This document shows, in pieces, positions 47,831-57,589 of a stretch of DNA of 64,000 bases; the stretch's first letter is position 1; the number at the start of each line of letters is the position of its first letter. The notes under the pieces are model-generated. The model made no database searches and was not told the DNA's origin. It saw only the letters and a list, made by a program, of their open reading frames with translations. Source of the DNA: an uncultured Acidobacteriota bacterium. GTDB lineage: Bacteria; Acidobacteriota; Thermoanaerobaculia; Gp7-AA8. A program made the translations under genes and the position numbers. The stretch is taken from NCBI GenBank assembly GCA_963821585.1, contig CAWGEI010000005.1, forward strand, positions 1,094,603-1,158,602, read 5' to 3'.

Positions 47831-50287
47831 ATGGCTAAACGCTCGCGCATCAAAGACTTCTTCTGGCGCCATTCCGCCGGGATTGCTTTCCTGGTGATGC
47901 TCGCCTTCGTCGCCTTCCTCGGCTACGTCGGCTACAACTACGTCGTCATCACCAAGAAATTCGAGTCCGCGCGGCGCTGGGACCTGCCCAGCCGCGTCTA
48001 CTCCGACTCGACCCAGATCGTCCCCGGCATCCGCTACACGAAAGAGCTGCTCGAGCCCAAGCTCAACCATGTCGGCTATCGCAAGGTGGCGGGCCGCGTC
48101 GAGAACCCCGGCGAGTACCGCTACATCGGCGACGACCTCGAGATCTTCCTCAACAACTTCGAGTACCCGGATATGGAGTTCCACGCCATGCCCGTGCTCG
48201 TCGAGATGAACGGCTCGCAGGTCCGCTCCATCAAGCGGCTCACCGACAACATCACCCTGCGCGGGGTGCGCATCGAGCCCGAGCTCATCACCTCGATCTA
48301 CGACAACGCCATGGAAGACCGCATCCCGGTCTCCCTCGACGCCGTCCCCCAGGTTCTCACCGACGCCATCATCGCCACCGAGGACCGGACGTTCTACAGC
48401 CACCAGGGCATCTCGCCGCGAGGCATCCTCCGCGCGATCTGGACCGACATCCGTGCCAAGGGACTCGTCGCCGGCGGCTCGACCCTCACCCAGCAGCTCA
48501 CCAAGAACCTCTTCCTCGACGCCTCGCGCACGTTCCGGCGCAAGGGGCAGGAAGCGCTGATGGCGATCCTGCTCGAGCTGCGCTACGACAAGCCCGAGAT
48601 TCTCGAGACCTACTGCAACGAGATCTACCTCGGCCAGAACGGCAGCGTGCAGATCGTCGGCGTGGAGCAGGCGTCGCAGGTGTACTTCGGCAAGAAGGTC
48701 ACCTACATCACGCTGCCCGAGGCGGCCACGCTCGCGCAGATGATCCGCTCGCCGAACGTCCTCTCGCCGCTGAAGAACCCCGAGCGCGCGAAGACCGGGC
48801 GCGACCGCGTCCTGCGGCTGATGCACGAGCAGGGCAAGATCACCCAGCGTCAGTACGAGGAAGCCGCCGCGACGCCGCTGTCCGTCACGCCGTTCCCGAA
48901 GACCACCCGCAGCGCGCCGTTCTTCGTCGACCTCGTGCTCAAGCAGCTCCGCGAGACGTATCCGGAGACCCAGCTCAAGACCGAGGGCCTGCGCATCTTC
49001 ACGTCGCTCGACATGATCATGCAGCGGTCGGCCGAGGAAGCGCTGAACAACGGCATCGCCAACCTGAGCAAGAAGTACAAGCACATCCGCAACTCCGACA
49101 CGCCGCTCGAAGGCGTCGTGCTCACGATCCAGCCGGGCACCGGCTACGTGAAGGCGCTGATCGGCGGACGCAACTACACGACGACGCAGTTCAACCGCGC
49201 GATCCAGGCGCGCCGCCAGCCCGGATCGCTCTTCAAGCCGTTCGTGTACGTGACGGCGATGGATCCGTCGCGCGGCGCTCAGACCTTCACGGCGTCCACG
49301 GTGCTCGACGACTCGCCGATCTCCGTCAAGGCCGGCACCGCCGACTGGAAGCCGCAGAACTACGACAACCGCTTCCACGGGCTGGTCACGGTCCGCGAGG
49401 CGCTGGCGCACTCGTACAACATCCCCGCCGTGCGCGCGGCGATCGATGCGGGCGTGCCGAACGTCATCAAGACCGCGGCGAACATCGGCGTGGAGAGCAA
49501 GCTCCAGCCGTATCCGTCGGTGTCGCTCGGTTCCTTCGAGGTGACGCCGCTGGAGATCGCCTACGCCTACTCCGCCTTCGCCAACCTCGGCGTGAAGTCC
49601 GAGCCGGTGACGATTCTCGCGGTGGTCCGCCCGGACGGCGAGCTGCTCGAGACGCGTAATCTGAAGATGAAGCGCGTCGCGCCGGCGTCGGTCTGCTACG
49701 TCATGAACGACGTGCTCAAGGACGTCTTCAGATACGGCACCGCCGGCCGTGCGCGCTCGCTCGGGTTCGAGCACGCGTTCGCGGGCAAGACCGGCACGAC
49801 CAGCAACTACCGCGACGCATGGATCATCGGCTACTCGCCGCGCATCCTGTCGCTGGTGTGGATCGGCTTCGACGACGGGCACAGCACGCGCCTCGCGGGC
49901 GGCGACGCCTGCCTGCCGATCTGGACGCGTCACATGAACCGCATCGACGGGATGATCCAGGACGTCGACTGGAAACGCCCCGACGACGTGACCGAGCGCG
50001 AGATCGATCCGCAGTCCGGGATGCTCGCCACGCCGTATTGCCCGAGGTCGCGGTCCGAGGTGTACGTCGCGGGGACCGAGCCCGAGTCGGTGTGCGCGTT
50101 GCACGCAGGGAGCGGAGAGCCGAGTCCGTTCTGGCCGCCTGAGTCCGACATCGTCGACGACGACCGCCGCGACGACGGGGCAGCCGCGCCGTCGCCGGAG
50201 GAGCTCCGGCGCCGCGCGGACGAAGATCGCCGCAAAGCGAGCCAGCGCAAGAAACCGTGGTGGCGCCGGGTTTTCGGAGATGGATGA
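47831..50287 (+). CDS. class A penicillin-binding protein (glycosyltransferase GT51 + transpeptidase)
   Basis: ATEDRTFYSHQGISPRG...GGSTLTQQLTKN (GT51), then the transpeptidase motifs QPGSLFKP (SxxK), SYN, and KTGTT. Confidence 0.9.
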   Translation: MAKRSRIKDFFWRHSAGIAFLVMLAFVAFLGYVGYNYVVITKKFESARRWDLPSRVYSDSTQIVPGIRYTKELLEPKLNHVGYRKVAGRVENPGEYRYIGDDLEIFLNNFEYPDMEFHAMPVLVEMNGSQVRSIKRLTDNITLRGVRIEPELITSIYDNAMEDRIPVSLDAVPQVLTDAIIATEDRTFYSHQGISPRGILRAIWTDIRAKGLVAGGSTLTQQLTKNLFLDASRTFRRKGQEALMAILLELRYDKPEILETYCNEIYLGQNGSVQIVGVEQASQVYFGKKVTYITLPEAATLAQMIRSPNVLSPLKNPERAKTGRDRVLRLMHEQGKITQRQYEEAAATPLSVTPFPKTTRSAPFFVDLVLKQLRETYPETQLKTEGLRIFTSLDMIMQRSAEEALNNGIANLSKKYKHIRNSDTPLEGVVLTIQPGTGYVKALIGGRNYTTTQFNRAIQARRQPGSLFKPFVYVTAMDPSRGAQTFTASTVLDDSPISVKAGTADWKPQNYDNRFHGLVTVREALAHSYNIPAVRAAIDAGVPNVIKTAANIGVESKLQPYPSVSLGSFEVTPLEIAYAYSAFANLGVKSEPVTILAVVRPDGELLETRNLKMKRVAPASVCYVMNDVLKDVFRYGTAGRARSLGFEHAFAGKTGTTSNYRDAWIIGYSPRILSLVWIGFDDGHSTRLAGGDACLPIWTRHMNRIDGMIQDVDWKRPDDVTEREIDPQSGMLATPYCPRSRSEVYVAGTEPESVCALHAGSGEPSPFWPPESDIVDDDRRDDGAAAPSPEELRRRADEDRRKASQRKKPWWRRVFGDG

Positions 50288-50385
50288 CCAACGTAGGGCG
50301 TGGCTTCAGCCCGCCCCCCTCGCGGGAGGGTGGCGGCCGTTCCCCCTCCCACGGGAGGGGCGGGCTGAAGCCACGCCCTACATTT
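50288..50385. repeat. palindromic element, GTAGGGCGTGGCTTCAGCCCGCC family (copy 2)
   Basis: CCAACGTAGGGCGTGGCTTCAGCCCGCC ... GGCGGGCTGAAGCCACGCCCTACATT. Confidence 0.85.
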
Positions 50386-50402
50386 AAGATGCACCGCACG
50401 AC

Positions 50403-51212
50403 ATGACCGCATCCACCCTTGAACGGCCCGCTCCGCCGGGATTTGTCCAGCGCACGCGCGAGCGCGCCAGCCGGACGTTTCTCTACATCGGCGGTTTGAC
50501 CGATCTCGCCGGCCAGACGCTCCAGCAGATCCGCCGCGGGTCGATCGAGCGGCCGCTGCTGATGCAGCAGTTCGAGCAGATCGGGGTCCGCTCGCTCTCC
50601 ATCGTGATCATCACCGCCGCGTTCATCGGCATGGTGCTCGCGTTGCAGACGGCGTACGCGCTGGAGGACTTCGGCGGGAAGCTGTTCGTCGGCGTGATCG
50701 TGTCGCTCTCGCTCGTGCGCGAGCTCGCGCCCGTGCTCATGGCCCTGATGGTCGGCGGCCGCGTCGGCGCGGGCATGACCGCGGAGCTGGGAACCATGAA
50801 AGTCACGGAGCAGATCGACGCGCTCCGCGCGCTGGCGACGAATCCGGTGCGCAAGCTGGTCGTCCCGCGCGTGATCGCGACCACGCTCATGTTCCCGCTG
50901 CTGACCGTCATCGCCATCGCCCTGGGCATCCTCGGCGGCATGCTCATCGCCGTGGCGAACCTCAATCTCAGCGCGAACTACTATCTCCGCAGCGTCATCG
51001 AGACCGTGAAGTACAACGACCTGGCGTCGGGCATCGGCAAGACGTTCTTCTTCGGCTTCGCCATCTCGCTCGTCGCCTGTTACAACGGCCTCCGCACCAG
51101 CGGCGGCGCGGACGGCGTGGGCCGTGCGACGACGACGACCGTCGTCACCGGCGCGATCACCGTCCTGATCATGGATTTCTTTCTGACCAAGCTGTTCCTG
51201 ATGATCCTCTGA
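50403..51212 (+). CDS. mlaE: MlaE-family ABC transporter permease
   Basis: GVRSLSIVIITAAFIGMVLALQ...VRELAPVLMALMVGGRVGAGMTAELGTMKVTEQIDAL. Confidence 0.85.
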   Translation: MTASTLERPAPPGFVQRTRERASRTFLYIGGLTDLAGQTLQQIRRGSIERPLLMQQFEQIGVRSLSIVIITAAFIGMVLALQTAYALEDFGGKLFVGVIVSLSLVRELAPVLMALMVGGRVGAGMTAELGTMKVTEQIDALRALATNPVRKLVVPRVIATTLMFPLLTVIAIALGILGGMLIAVANLNLSANYYLRSVIETVKYNDLASGIGKTFFFGFAISLVACYNGLRTSGGADGVGRATTTTVVTGAITVLIMDFFLTKLFLMIL

Positions 51213-52039
51213 TGAGCGAGACACTGATCCCCGACCGGCGCGCATCGGACCGTGGAGTGACGGACCGCCGCCGGCACGCGCGCGAGCCGTTCGTCGAGTT
51301 CGAGGACCTCTTCAAGAGCTACGGCCTGAAGCAGGTGCTGCGCGGTGCGACTCTCCAGGTCTTCCGCGGGGAGGTCATGGTCATCCTCGGCGGCTCGGGC
51401 TCGGGCAAGTCGGTCACCCTGCGGCACATGCTGGGTCTCGAGGCGCCGGACTCCGGCCGGGTGATCGTCGAGGAGGAGGACATCACCGATCTGCCGGAGG
51501 AGGAGCTGTACCGCGTCCGGAAGAAGTTCGGGATGCTCTTCCAGAGCGGCGCGCTGTTCGACTCGATGACGGTCTTCGAGAACGTGGCGTTCCCGCTGCG
51601 CGAGCACACGGAGATGAGCGAGGACGAGATCACGCGGGCGGTGCGCGAGAAGCTGGAGCTGGTGAATCTGCCCAACTCCGAGCACCTGATGCCGGTCGAC
51701 CTGTCGGGCGGCATGCGCAAGCGCGTGGGCCTGGCGCGGTCGATCGTCCTCGATCCGAAGGTGATCCTGTACGACGAGCCGACGACGGGACTCGATCCGA
51801 TCACGTCCCAGACGATCAACGAGCTGATCGTCGACCTGCAGGCAAAACTCAACGTGACGTCGGTGGTCGTCACGCACGACATCCACTCCGCGTTCTCGGT
51901 CGGAGACCGGATCGCGTTCCTCCACCAGGGCGTGTTCGAATGGGTCGGGTCGATGGACGAAGCGCGCGACACCGACAACCCCCGGCTGCGCGATTTCCTC
52001 AAGGCAAGCGCGGTCGTGGCGGCGCAGCCGACGAAATGA
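51212..52039 (+). CDS. mlaF: MlaF-type ABC transporter ATP-binding protein
   Basis: Walker A GGSGSGKS, signature LSGGMRKR, Walker B ILYDEPTTGLD. Confidence 0.85.
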   Translation: MSETLIPDRRASDRGVTDRRRHAREPFVEFEDLFKSYGLKQVLRGATLQVFRGEVMVILGGSGSGKSVTLRHMLGLEAPDSGRVIVEEEDITDLPEEELYRVRKKFGMLFQSGALFDSMTVFENVAFPLREHTEMSEDEITRAVREKLELVNLPNSEHLMPVDLSGGMRKRVGLARSIVLDPKVILYDEPTTGLDPITSQTINELIVDLQAKLNVTSVVVTHDIHSAFSVGDRIAFLHQGVFEWVGSMDEARDTDNPRLRDFLKASAVVAAQPTK

Positions 52040-53292
52040 ACGATATGGCGAAAAAGAGCGACAACAAATCCATCCGCGTCGGGATCATGGTCTCGGCGGC
52101 CCTCGTGATCCTGATGGTCTTCCTTTTCTTCATCGGATCGGAGCAGAAGATCTTCGCCCGCAAGAACGAGTACGAGGTGCGGCTGTCGAACGTGACCGGC
52201 CTCGCGGAAGGCAACCCGGTGAAGATGTCGGGCGTCACCATCGGCGTGATCCGCGACATCAAGCTGCCCCAGGACCCGAAGATGCAGCAGGTCGAGATCC
52301 TGCTGATGGTGGACCGCAAGTTCGAGGAGCGCGTCCGCGGCGACTCGCGCGTGCGCCTCAAGAAGCTGGGCCTCCTCACCGGCGACAGTTTCATCGAAGT
52401 CACGCCCGGCACGCCGCGGTTCCCGATGCTGGAGCCGGGCTCGATGATCCCCTCGCAGCGCCAGGCGGACGTCGAGGCGCTCCTCAGCTCGGGCGAAGAC
52501 CTGGTCGACAACTTCGTGCAGATCTCGTATTCGCTGAAGAACATCCTCCAGCGCATCGACCGCGGCGAAGGCCTCCTCGGCGAGCTCACCACGGCGCCGG
52601 AGACGAAGCAGCGCCTGACGGACACGCTGCTGACGACGCTGAACAAGACCAACGCGGTACTGACGCACGTCGAGAGCGGCAAGGGTGTGGTCGGGAAGCT
52701 CGTGTACGACGACGTGTACGCGGAGCAGCTCACGACGTCGCTCATGAGCGCCGCGCAGTCGCTGCAGGCGATCACGGCGAACGTGGAGAAGGGCTTCCAG
52801 ACGAACGAGGGCCTCGTGCCCGCGCTGATGAACGATCCCGCGGCGAAGACGCGCGTGTACGAGGTGGTGGAAAACCTCCGCCAGACGTCCGCGAATCTCG
52901 CGGCGTTCAGCGCGTCGATGCAGACGGGCCAGGGCCTGGTCCCGCGCCTGATCAACGACAAGGCCTACGGCGACGAAGCCCTCGGCGAGTTTACGACGCT
53001 GGTCAAGCAGCTGAACGTCACGGTGTCGAAGTTGAACAACGGAGAGGGGACGGCCGGGAAGGTCATCAACGATCCGTCGCTCTACGAGTCGATCAACGAC
53101 ATCCTCATCGGGATCAACGAGTCGAAGCTCCTCCGCTGGCTGATCCGCAACCGCCAGCAGTCGGGGATCGAGAAGCGGGTCGAGGAGCTGCAGAAAGTGC
53201 CGGGCACGACACCCCCGCCTCCGGTCGAGCCGGTGCCGGACGTGACGCCGGAGGACCTCCCGCCAACCATGACCGACACGACAGGGACATAG
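52036..53292 (+). CDS. mlaD: MlaD/MCE-domain protein with a long helical C-terminal region
   Basis: N-terminal TM helix and MCE domain (VRLSNVTGLAEGNPVKMSGVTIGVIRDIKL). ATGA overlap with the mlaF stop. Confidence 0.75.
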   Translation: MNDMAKKSDNKSIRVGIMVSAALVILMVFLFFIGSEQKIFARKNEYEVRLSNVTGLAEGNPVKMSGVTIGVIRDIKLPQDPKMQQVEILLMVDRKFEERVRGDSRVRLKKLGLLTGDSFIEVTPGTPRFPMLEPGSMIPSQRQADVEALLSSGEDLVDNFVQISYSLKNILQRIDRGEGLLGELTTAPETKQRLTDTLLTTLNKTNAVLTHVESGKGVVGKLVYDDVYAEQLTTSLMSAAQSLQAITANVEKGFQTNEGLVPALMNDPAAKTRVYEVVENLRQTSANLAAFSASMQTGQGLVPRLINDKAYGDEALGEFTTLVKQLNVTVSKLNNGEGTAGKVINDPSLYESINDILIGINESKLLRWLIRNRQQSGIEKRVEELQKVPGTTPPPPVEPVPDVTPEDLPPTMTDTTGT

Positions 53293-53355
53293 AGGGCGCG
53301 CCCTGCCCCTGTGATACCTTGCGCCGCCGTAATTAACTCACCCGCGGAGGGTTCT

Positions 53356-54681
53356 GTGGATATCGCTGTCATCGGTACCGGGTATGTCGGTCTCGTCACC
53401 GGCGCCGGGCTGTCGGACTTCGGCAACGACGTGATCTGCGTCGACGTCGACGTCAGGAAAATCGACGCGCTCAACAACGGCGTCATTCCCATCTACGAGC
53501 CCGGACTCGATACCCTCGTTTCGAAGAACGTCAGCGAAGGGCGGCTGCGTTTTTCCATCGATCTCGCCGATGCCATCCGCTCCTCGCGCGCCATCTTCAT
53601 CGCCGTCGGCACGCCTCCCAAGCCCGACGGCTCCGCCGACCTCCGCTACGTCGAAGAAGTCGCCCATACGATCGCGAAGCACATGAACGGGCCGAAGCTG
53701 GTCATCACCAAGTCGACCGTTCCCATCGGCACGGGACGTATGATCGAACAGATCATCGACTCCCACGGCACGGGCCACAAGGCCTCCATCGTTTCCAACC
53801 CGGAGTTCCTCCGCGAAGGCTCGGCCATCGAAGACTTCATGAAGCCCGACCGCGTGGTCGTCGGCGCGACCGACCCCGAGGCGGCGGACATGATGAAGGA
53901 GATCTACGCGCCGCTGCACTCGCTGGAGATCCCGTTCGTGGTCACCAACGTCGAGTCGTCGGAGTTGATCAAGTACGCGGCGAACGGCTTTCTGGCCGTG
54001 AAGATCACGTTCATCAACGAGATCGCCGTGGTCTGCGAGAAAGTCGGCGCGGACGTCCACGACGTCGCCATCGGCATGGGCCTCGACTCGCGCATCGGCC
54101 CGAAGTTCCTCCAGGCCGGCCCGGGCTTCGGCGGCTCGTGCTTCCCGAAGGACACCAGCGCGATGGCCAACATCTCCCGCCATCACGGCTACGACTTCCA
54201 GATCATGGAGGCCGTGCTGCGCGTCAATGACGCGGTCAAGCTGCGCATGATCGACAAGATCGTGGCGGCGCTCGACGGCGATGTCGAAGGCAAGACCGTG
54301 GCGATGCTCGGCCTGGCGTTCAAGCCCGAGACCGACGACATGCGCGACTCTCCGACCATCCCGATCGTCAAGGGACTGCAGCAGCGCGGCGCGACAATGC
54401 GCGCGTACGACCCCCAGGCGATGGAGAACGCGAAGACGATCTTCACGGACGTCGAGTACTGCGCGGACGCGTATCAGACCGCCGAAGGCGCGGACGTGCT
54501 CGTGCTGGCGACGGAGTGGAACGAGTTCCGCGCGCTGAACTTCGAGCGCATCGGCAAGGCGCTGCGCCAGCCGGTGATCGTGGACCTCCGCAACGTCTAC
54601 GATCCCCACCGCATGGCCGCCCTCGGCTTCCGCTACACGTCCGTCGGCCGCGCCGACGACCTGCGCAAGAGGCCGCGCTGA
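53356..54681 (+). CDS. ugd: UDP-glucose 6-dehydrogenase
   Basis: [16 protein letters not shown], catalytic Cys in [10 protein letters not shown]. The GTG start is preceded by GGAGG. Confidence 0.9.
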   Translation: MDIAVIGTGYVGLVTGAGLSDFGNDVICVDVDVRKIDALNNGVIPIYEPGLDTLVSKNVSEGRLRFSIDLADAIRSSRAIFIAVGTPPKPDGSADLRYVEEVAHTIAKHMNGPKLVITKSTVPIGTGRMIEQIIDSHGTGHKASIVSNPEFLREGSAIEDFMKPDRVVVGATDPEAADMMKEIYAPLHSLEIPFVVTNVESSELIKYAANGFLAVKITFINEIAVVCEKVGADVHDVAIGMGLDSRIGPKFLQAGPGFGGSCFPKDTSAMANISRHHGYDFQIMEAVLRVNDAVKLRMIDKIVAALDGDVEGKTVAMLGLAFKPETDDMRDSPTIPIVKGLQQRGATMRAYDPQAMENAKTIFTDVEYCADAYQTAEGADVLVLATEWNEFRALNFERIGKALRQPVIVDLRNVYDPHRMAALGFRYTSVGRADDLRKRPR

Positions 54682-55616
54682 TGCCGCGTACTCTCATCAC
54701 CGGCGGCGCGGGCTTCCTGGGCTCCCACCTGTGCGAGCTGTTCCTCGCGCGCGGGCATGAAGTGGTCTGCATGGACAACTTCATCACCGGCTCGCCCGAC
54801 AACATCAAGCACCTCTTCGGCCGCGATGGCTTCATGTTCATCAAGCAGGACGTGACGCAGTACATCCACATCGACGGGCCGCTCGACTACGTCCTGCACT
54901 TCGCCTCGCCGGCCAGCCCGATCGACTACCTCGAGAAGCCCATCCAGACCCTCAAGGTCGGCTCCCTCGGCACCCACAAGACCCTCGGCGTCGCCAAGGA
55001 CAAGAACGCCCGTTACCTGATCGCGTCGACGTCGGAGACCTACGGCGATCCGCTCGTCCATCCGCAGCGCGAGGACTACTGGGGCAACGTCAATCCCGTC
55101 GGCCCGCGCGGTGTGTACGACGAGGCCAAGCGGTTCGCCGAGGCCATGACCATGGCCTATCACCGCTTCCATGGCATCGAGACGCGCATCGTGCGCATCT
55201 TCAACACCTACGGCGAGCGCATGCGCGTCAACGACGGCCGCGTCGTCCCCGCCTTCATCTCCCAGGCCCTGCGCAACGAGCCCCTCACCGTCTTCGGCGA
55301 CGGCTCCCAGACCCGCTCGTTCTGCTACGTCTCCGACCTCATCGAAGGCATCTACCGGCTGCTCATGTCCGACGAAGTCCAGCCCACCAACATCGGCAAC
55401 CCCGCCGAGATGACCGTCCTCCAGTTCGCACAAGTCATCACCAAACTCACCGGCACCAGCGCCCCCATCCAGTTCCGCCCCCTCCCCGAGGACGACCCCA
55501 AGGTCCGCCGCCCGGACATCACCAAGGCCCGGACCATCCTCGGCTGGGAACCGCGCGTGCCGTTGGAAGAGGGCCTGACCCGGACGATCGACTACTTCCG
55601 CACGGTCGTTCAGTAG
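54681..55616 (+). CDS. uxs: UDP-glucuronate decarboxylase (UDP-xylose synthase)
   Basis: [27 protein letters not shown] (SDR YxxxK). TGATG overlap with ugd. Confidence 0.9.
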   Translation: MPRTLITGGAGFLGSHLCELFLARGHEVVCMDNFITGSPDNIKHLFGRDGFMFIKQDVTQYIHIDGPLDYVLHFASPASPIDYLEKPIQTLKVGSLGTHKTLGVAKDKNARYLIASTSETYGDPLVHPQREDYWGNVNPVGPRGVYDEAKRFAEAMTMAYHRFHGIETRIVRIFNTYGERMRVNDGRVVPAFISQALRNEPLTVFGDGSQTRSFCYVSDLIEGIYRLLMSDEVQPTNIGNPAEMTVLQFAQVITKLTGTSAPIQFRPLPEDDPKVRRPDITKARTILGWEPRVPLEEGLTRTIDYFRTVVQ

Positions 55617-55623
55617 GGTCAGC

Positions 55624-55736
55624 CTCTCCGTCCCCCTCTGTGCTCTCTGTGTCTCTGTGGTGAATACCCAAGTGCCTCGCGCGTGGCGCGTTCGTATTCA
55701 CCACAGAGACACAGAGATACAGAAGGGGACGGAGAG
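55624..55736. repeat. CTCTGTG...GTGGTGAAT family, complete inverted pair (43- and 42-nt arms)
   Basis: CTCTCCGTCCCCCTCTGTGCTCTCTGTGTCTCTGTGGTGAATA ... TATTCACCACAGAGACACAGAGATACAGAAGGGGACGGAGAG. Confidence 0.9.
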
Positions 55737-55791
55737 TGCGATCAAAGGATTTGCGGGGCCTGTTGTATATCCCTTCGGAGGAGCAACCTGC

Positions 55792-56352
55792 ATGGCCAAA
55801 GCCGACGACGAATTCGCCAACATGGTCCGCAATCTCGAGGAGAAGACCGGCAAGACTCTGGAGCAATGGATTGGCGTCGCGAAGAAGAGCGGTGCGCAGA
55901 AGCACGGCGAGATCGTAAAGAACCTCAAGGAGAACGGCCTCACCCACGGCTACGCCAACCTCGTCGCGCACTCCATGCTGCAGTCCGCGTCCGTCCACGC
56001 CGACGCCGGCGACCTGATCGAAGAGCAGTACTCCGGCGCCAAAGCCGCGCTGCGCCCGGCGTACGACAAGCTGATGAAGGAGCTCGAACAGTTCGGCGGC
56101 GACGTCGAAGTCGCGCCGAAAAAGGGCTACGTCAGCCTGCGCCGCAAGAAACAGTTCGGCCTCATCCAGCCCAGCACCGCCACCCGGCTGGACGTCGGCG
56201 TCAACCTCAAAGGCACGCCCGCCGCGGGGAGGTTGGAGGCATCAGGGAGCTTCAACGCGATGGTAAGCCATCGCGTGCGGGTGGCGTCGGCGGACGAGGT
56301 GGATAGGGAGTTGGTCGGCTGGCTGAAGCAGGCCTACGACGCGGCGGGGTAG
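55792..56352 (+). CDS. DUF4287/DUF5655-like protein
   Basis: FANMVRNLEEKTGKTLEQWIGVAKKSG...HGEIVKNLKENGLTHGYANLV, then a second domain KKGYVSLRRKKQFGLIQPS. GGAGGAG precedes the ATG. Confidence 0.6.
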   Translation: MAKADDEFANMVRNLEEKTGKTLEQWIGVAKKSGAQKHGEIVKNLKENGLTHGYANLVAHSMLQSASVHADAGDLIEEQYSGAKAALRPAYDKLMKELEQFGGDVEVAPKKGYVSLRRKKQFGLIQPSTATRLDVGVNLKGTPAAGRLEASGSFNAMVSHRVRVASADEVDRELVGWLKQAYDAAG

Positions 56353-56359
56353 GTGCTCT

Positions 56360-56548
56360 CTGTCGCCCGCTGACGCGGGCTCGTTTCGTGCCCGCGCGTT
56401 GTCCCCGGCTGAAGCCGGGGTCTATTCTCTATCGCCCGCTACGCGGGCGGGAGAACGGGCCCGCGTAGCGGGCCAAAGGAAATAGCCCACGGCTTCAGCC
56501 GTGGGAAGACGGTGTGGGAGCAAACCAGCCCGCGTCAGCGGGCGACAG
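56360..56548. repeat. ~190-bp nested-palindrome (REPIN-like) element
   Basis: CTGTCGCCCGCTGACGCGGGCTCGTTT ... CAGCCCGCGTCAGCGGGCGACAG. Confidence 0.9.
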
Positions 56549-56650
56549 CCCATCGCGCGATCACGGTTAACGGGTCAGTTCCGCGGACGAGGTGGGCAAG
56601 GAGTTGGTCGGCTGGTACGATCAACAGATGGAGAATGACACCACCGGAAT

Positions 56651-57589
56651 GTGTGGATGTCCTCCAGCGGAATGGTCAAGAGGGTCGTGCACATCGATCG
56701 GAGTGCGGTCGCAAAAGACGGCCGCGTGACCGCGTTCGTGGTGATCGGCGATGGGCGAGGGCGTGTGGGCTTCGGATCAGGGAAGGCCAGAGCGAGTTCG
56801 GCAGCGATCAGGCACGCCTTTGAAGTCGCGAAGAAAAACACCATCGTGGTCGCGCTGTGCGGAGGCACGATCCCTTTTGCGGCCGTGGGCTATCACGGCG
56901 CAGGGAAAGTCCTCTTGAAACCCGCTTTCGACGGAGCGGGAATCATGGGAGCGGGCGCGATCAAGGTGATCATGGAGTCGGTCGGCATCCGGAACATCCT
57001 GACGAAGTCTGTCGGTTCGGAGAATCCGGGGACCGTCCTCAACGCCACGTTCGAGGCGTTGAAGAACCTGTCGGCCGATGTCGCCGCGGTGTTTCCTGAC
57101 GAAATTCCGAGCGCCGTTTCGAGCAGTGAGCAGATACGGCGGATGATCGCAGCGATGGTTGCACCGACTCCGATTCCGCTGCCGCAGCATGTCCTGCAGG
57201 CGCGGCGGAATGCGGTTGCCCGGGACACGATGTTGCGCGAGTTCGGCGCCCTTACCGGTGCCGACATCGCAGAGTTTGCCGGTTCGAAGTCGCGGAACCG
57301 CACCGCGCTCGCGCAACGCTGGAAAAGCGACGGTCGGATCTTCTGTGTCTTGTATCAGGGCCTGAGCTACTTCCCCGGGTTTCAATTTTCGAAGGAGTGT
57401 CAGCCTCTCCCGGTGATTGCCGATGTTGTGAAAATTCTAGGAGAAGTACTTTCGCCATGGGAGCTCGCGATCTGGTTCTGCAAGAACAACGGTGCGTTGG
57501 GCGGAGCGCGTGCCGTCGACCTGCTGACGAGTGCGCCGCTGCGCGTCATCGATGCAGCGAAGGAGGAGGCCGAGGAGCTCGTATTCTGA
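56651..57589 (+). CDS. ribosomal protein S5-like domain fused to an Xre-HTH / DUF2384-like (antitoxin-type) C-terminal module
   Basis: Residues ~8-140 align with bacterial S5 over both S5 domains ([86 protein letters not shown]). The C-terminal ~150 aa carry ...FPGFQF... and [18 protein letters not shown], resembling Xre/MbcA/ParS-type antitoxins. Confidence 0.7.
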   Translation: [312 protein letters not shown]

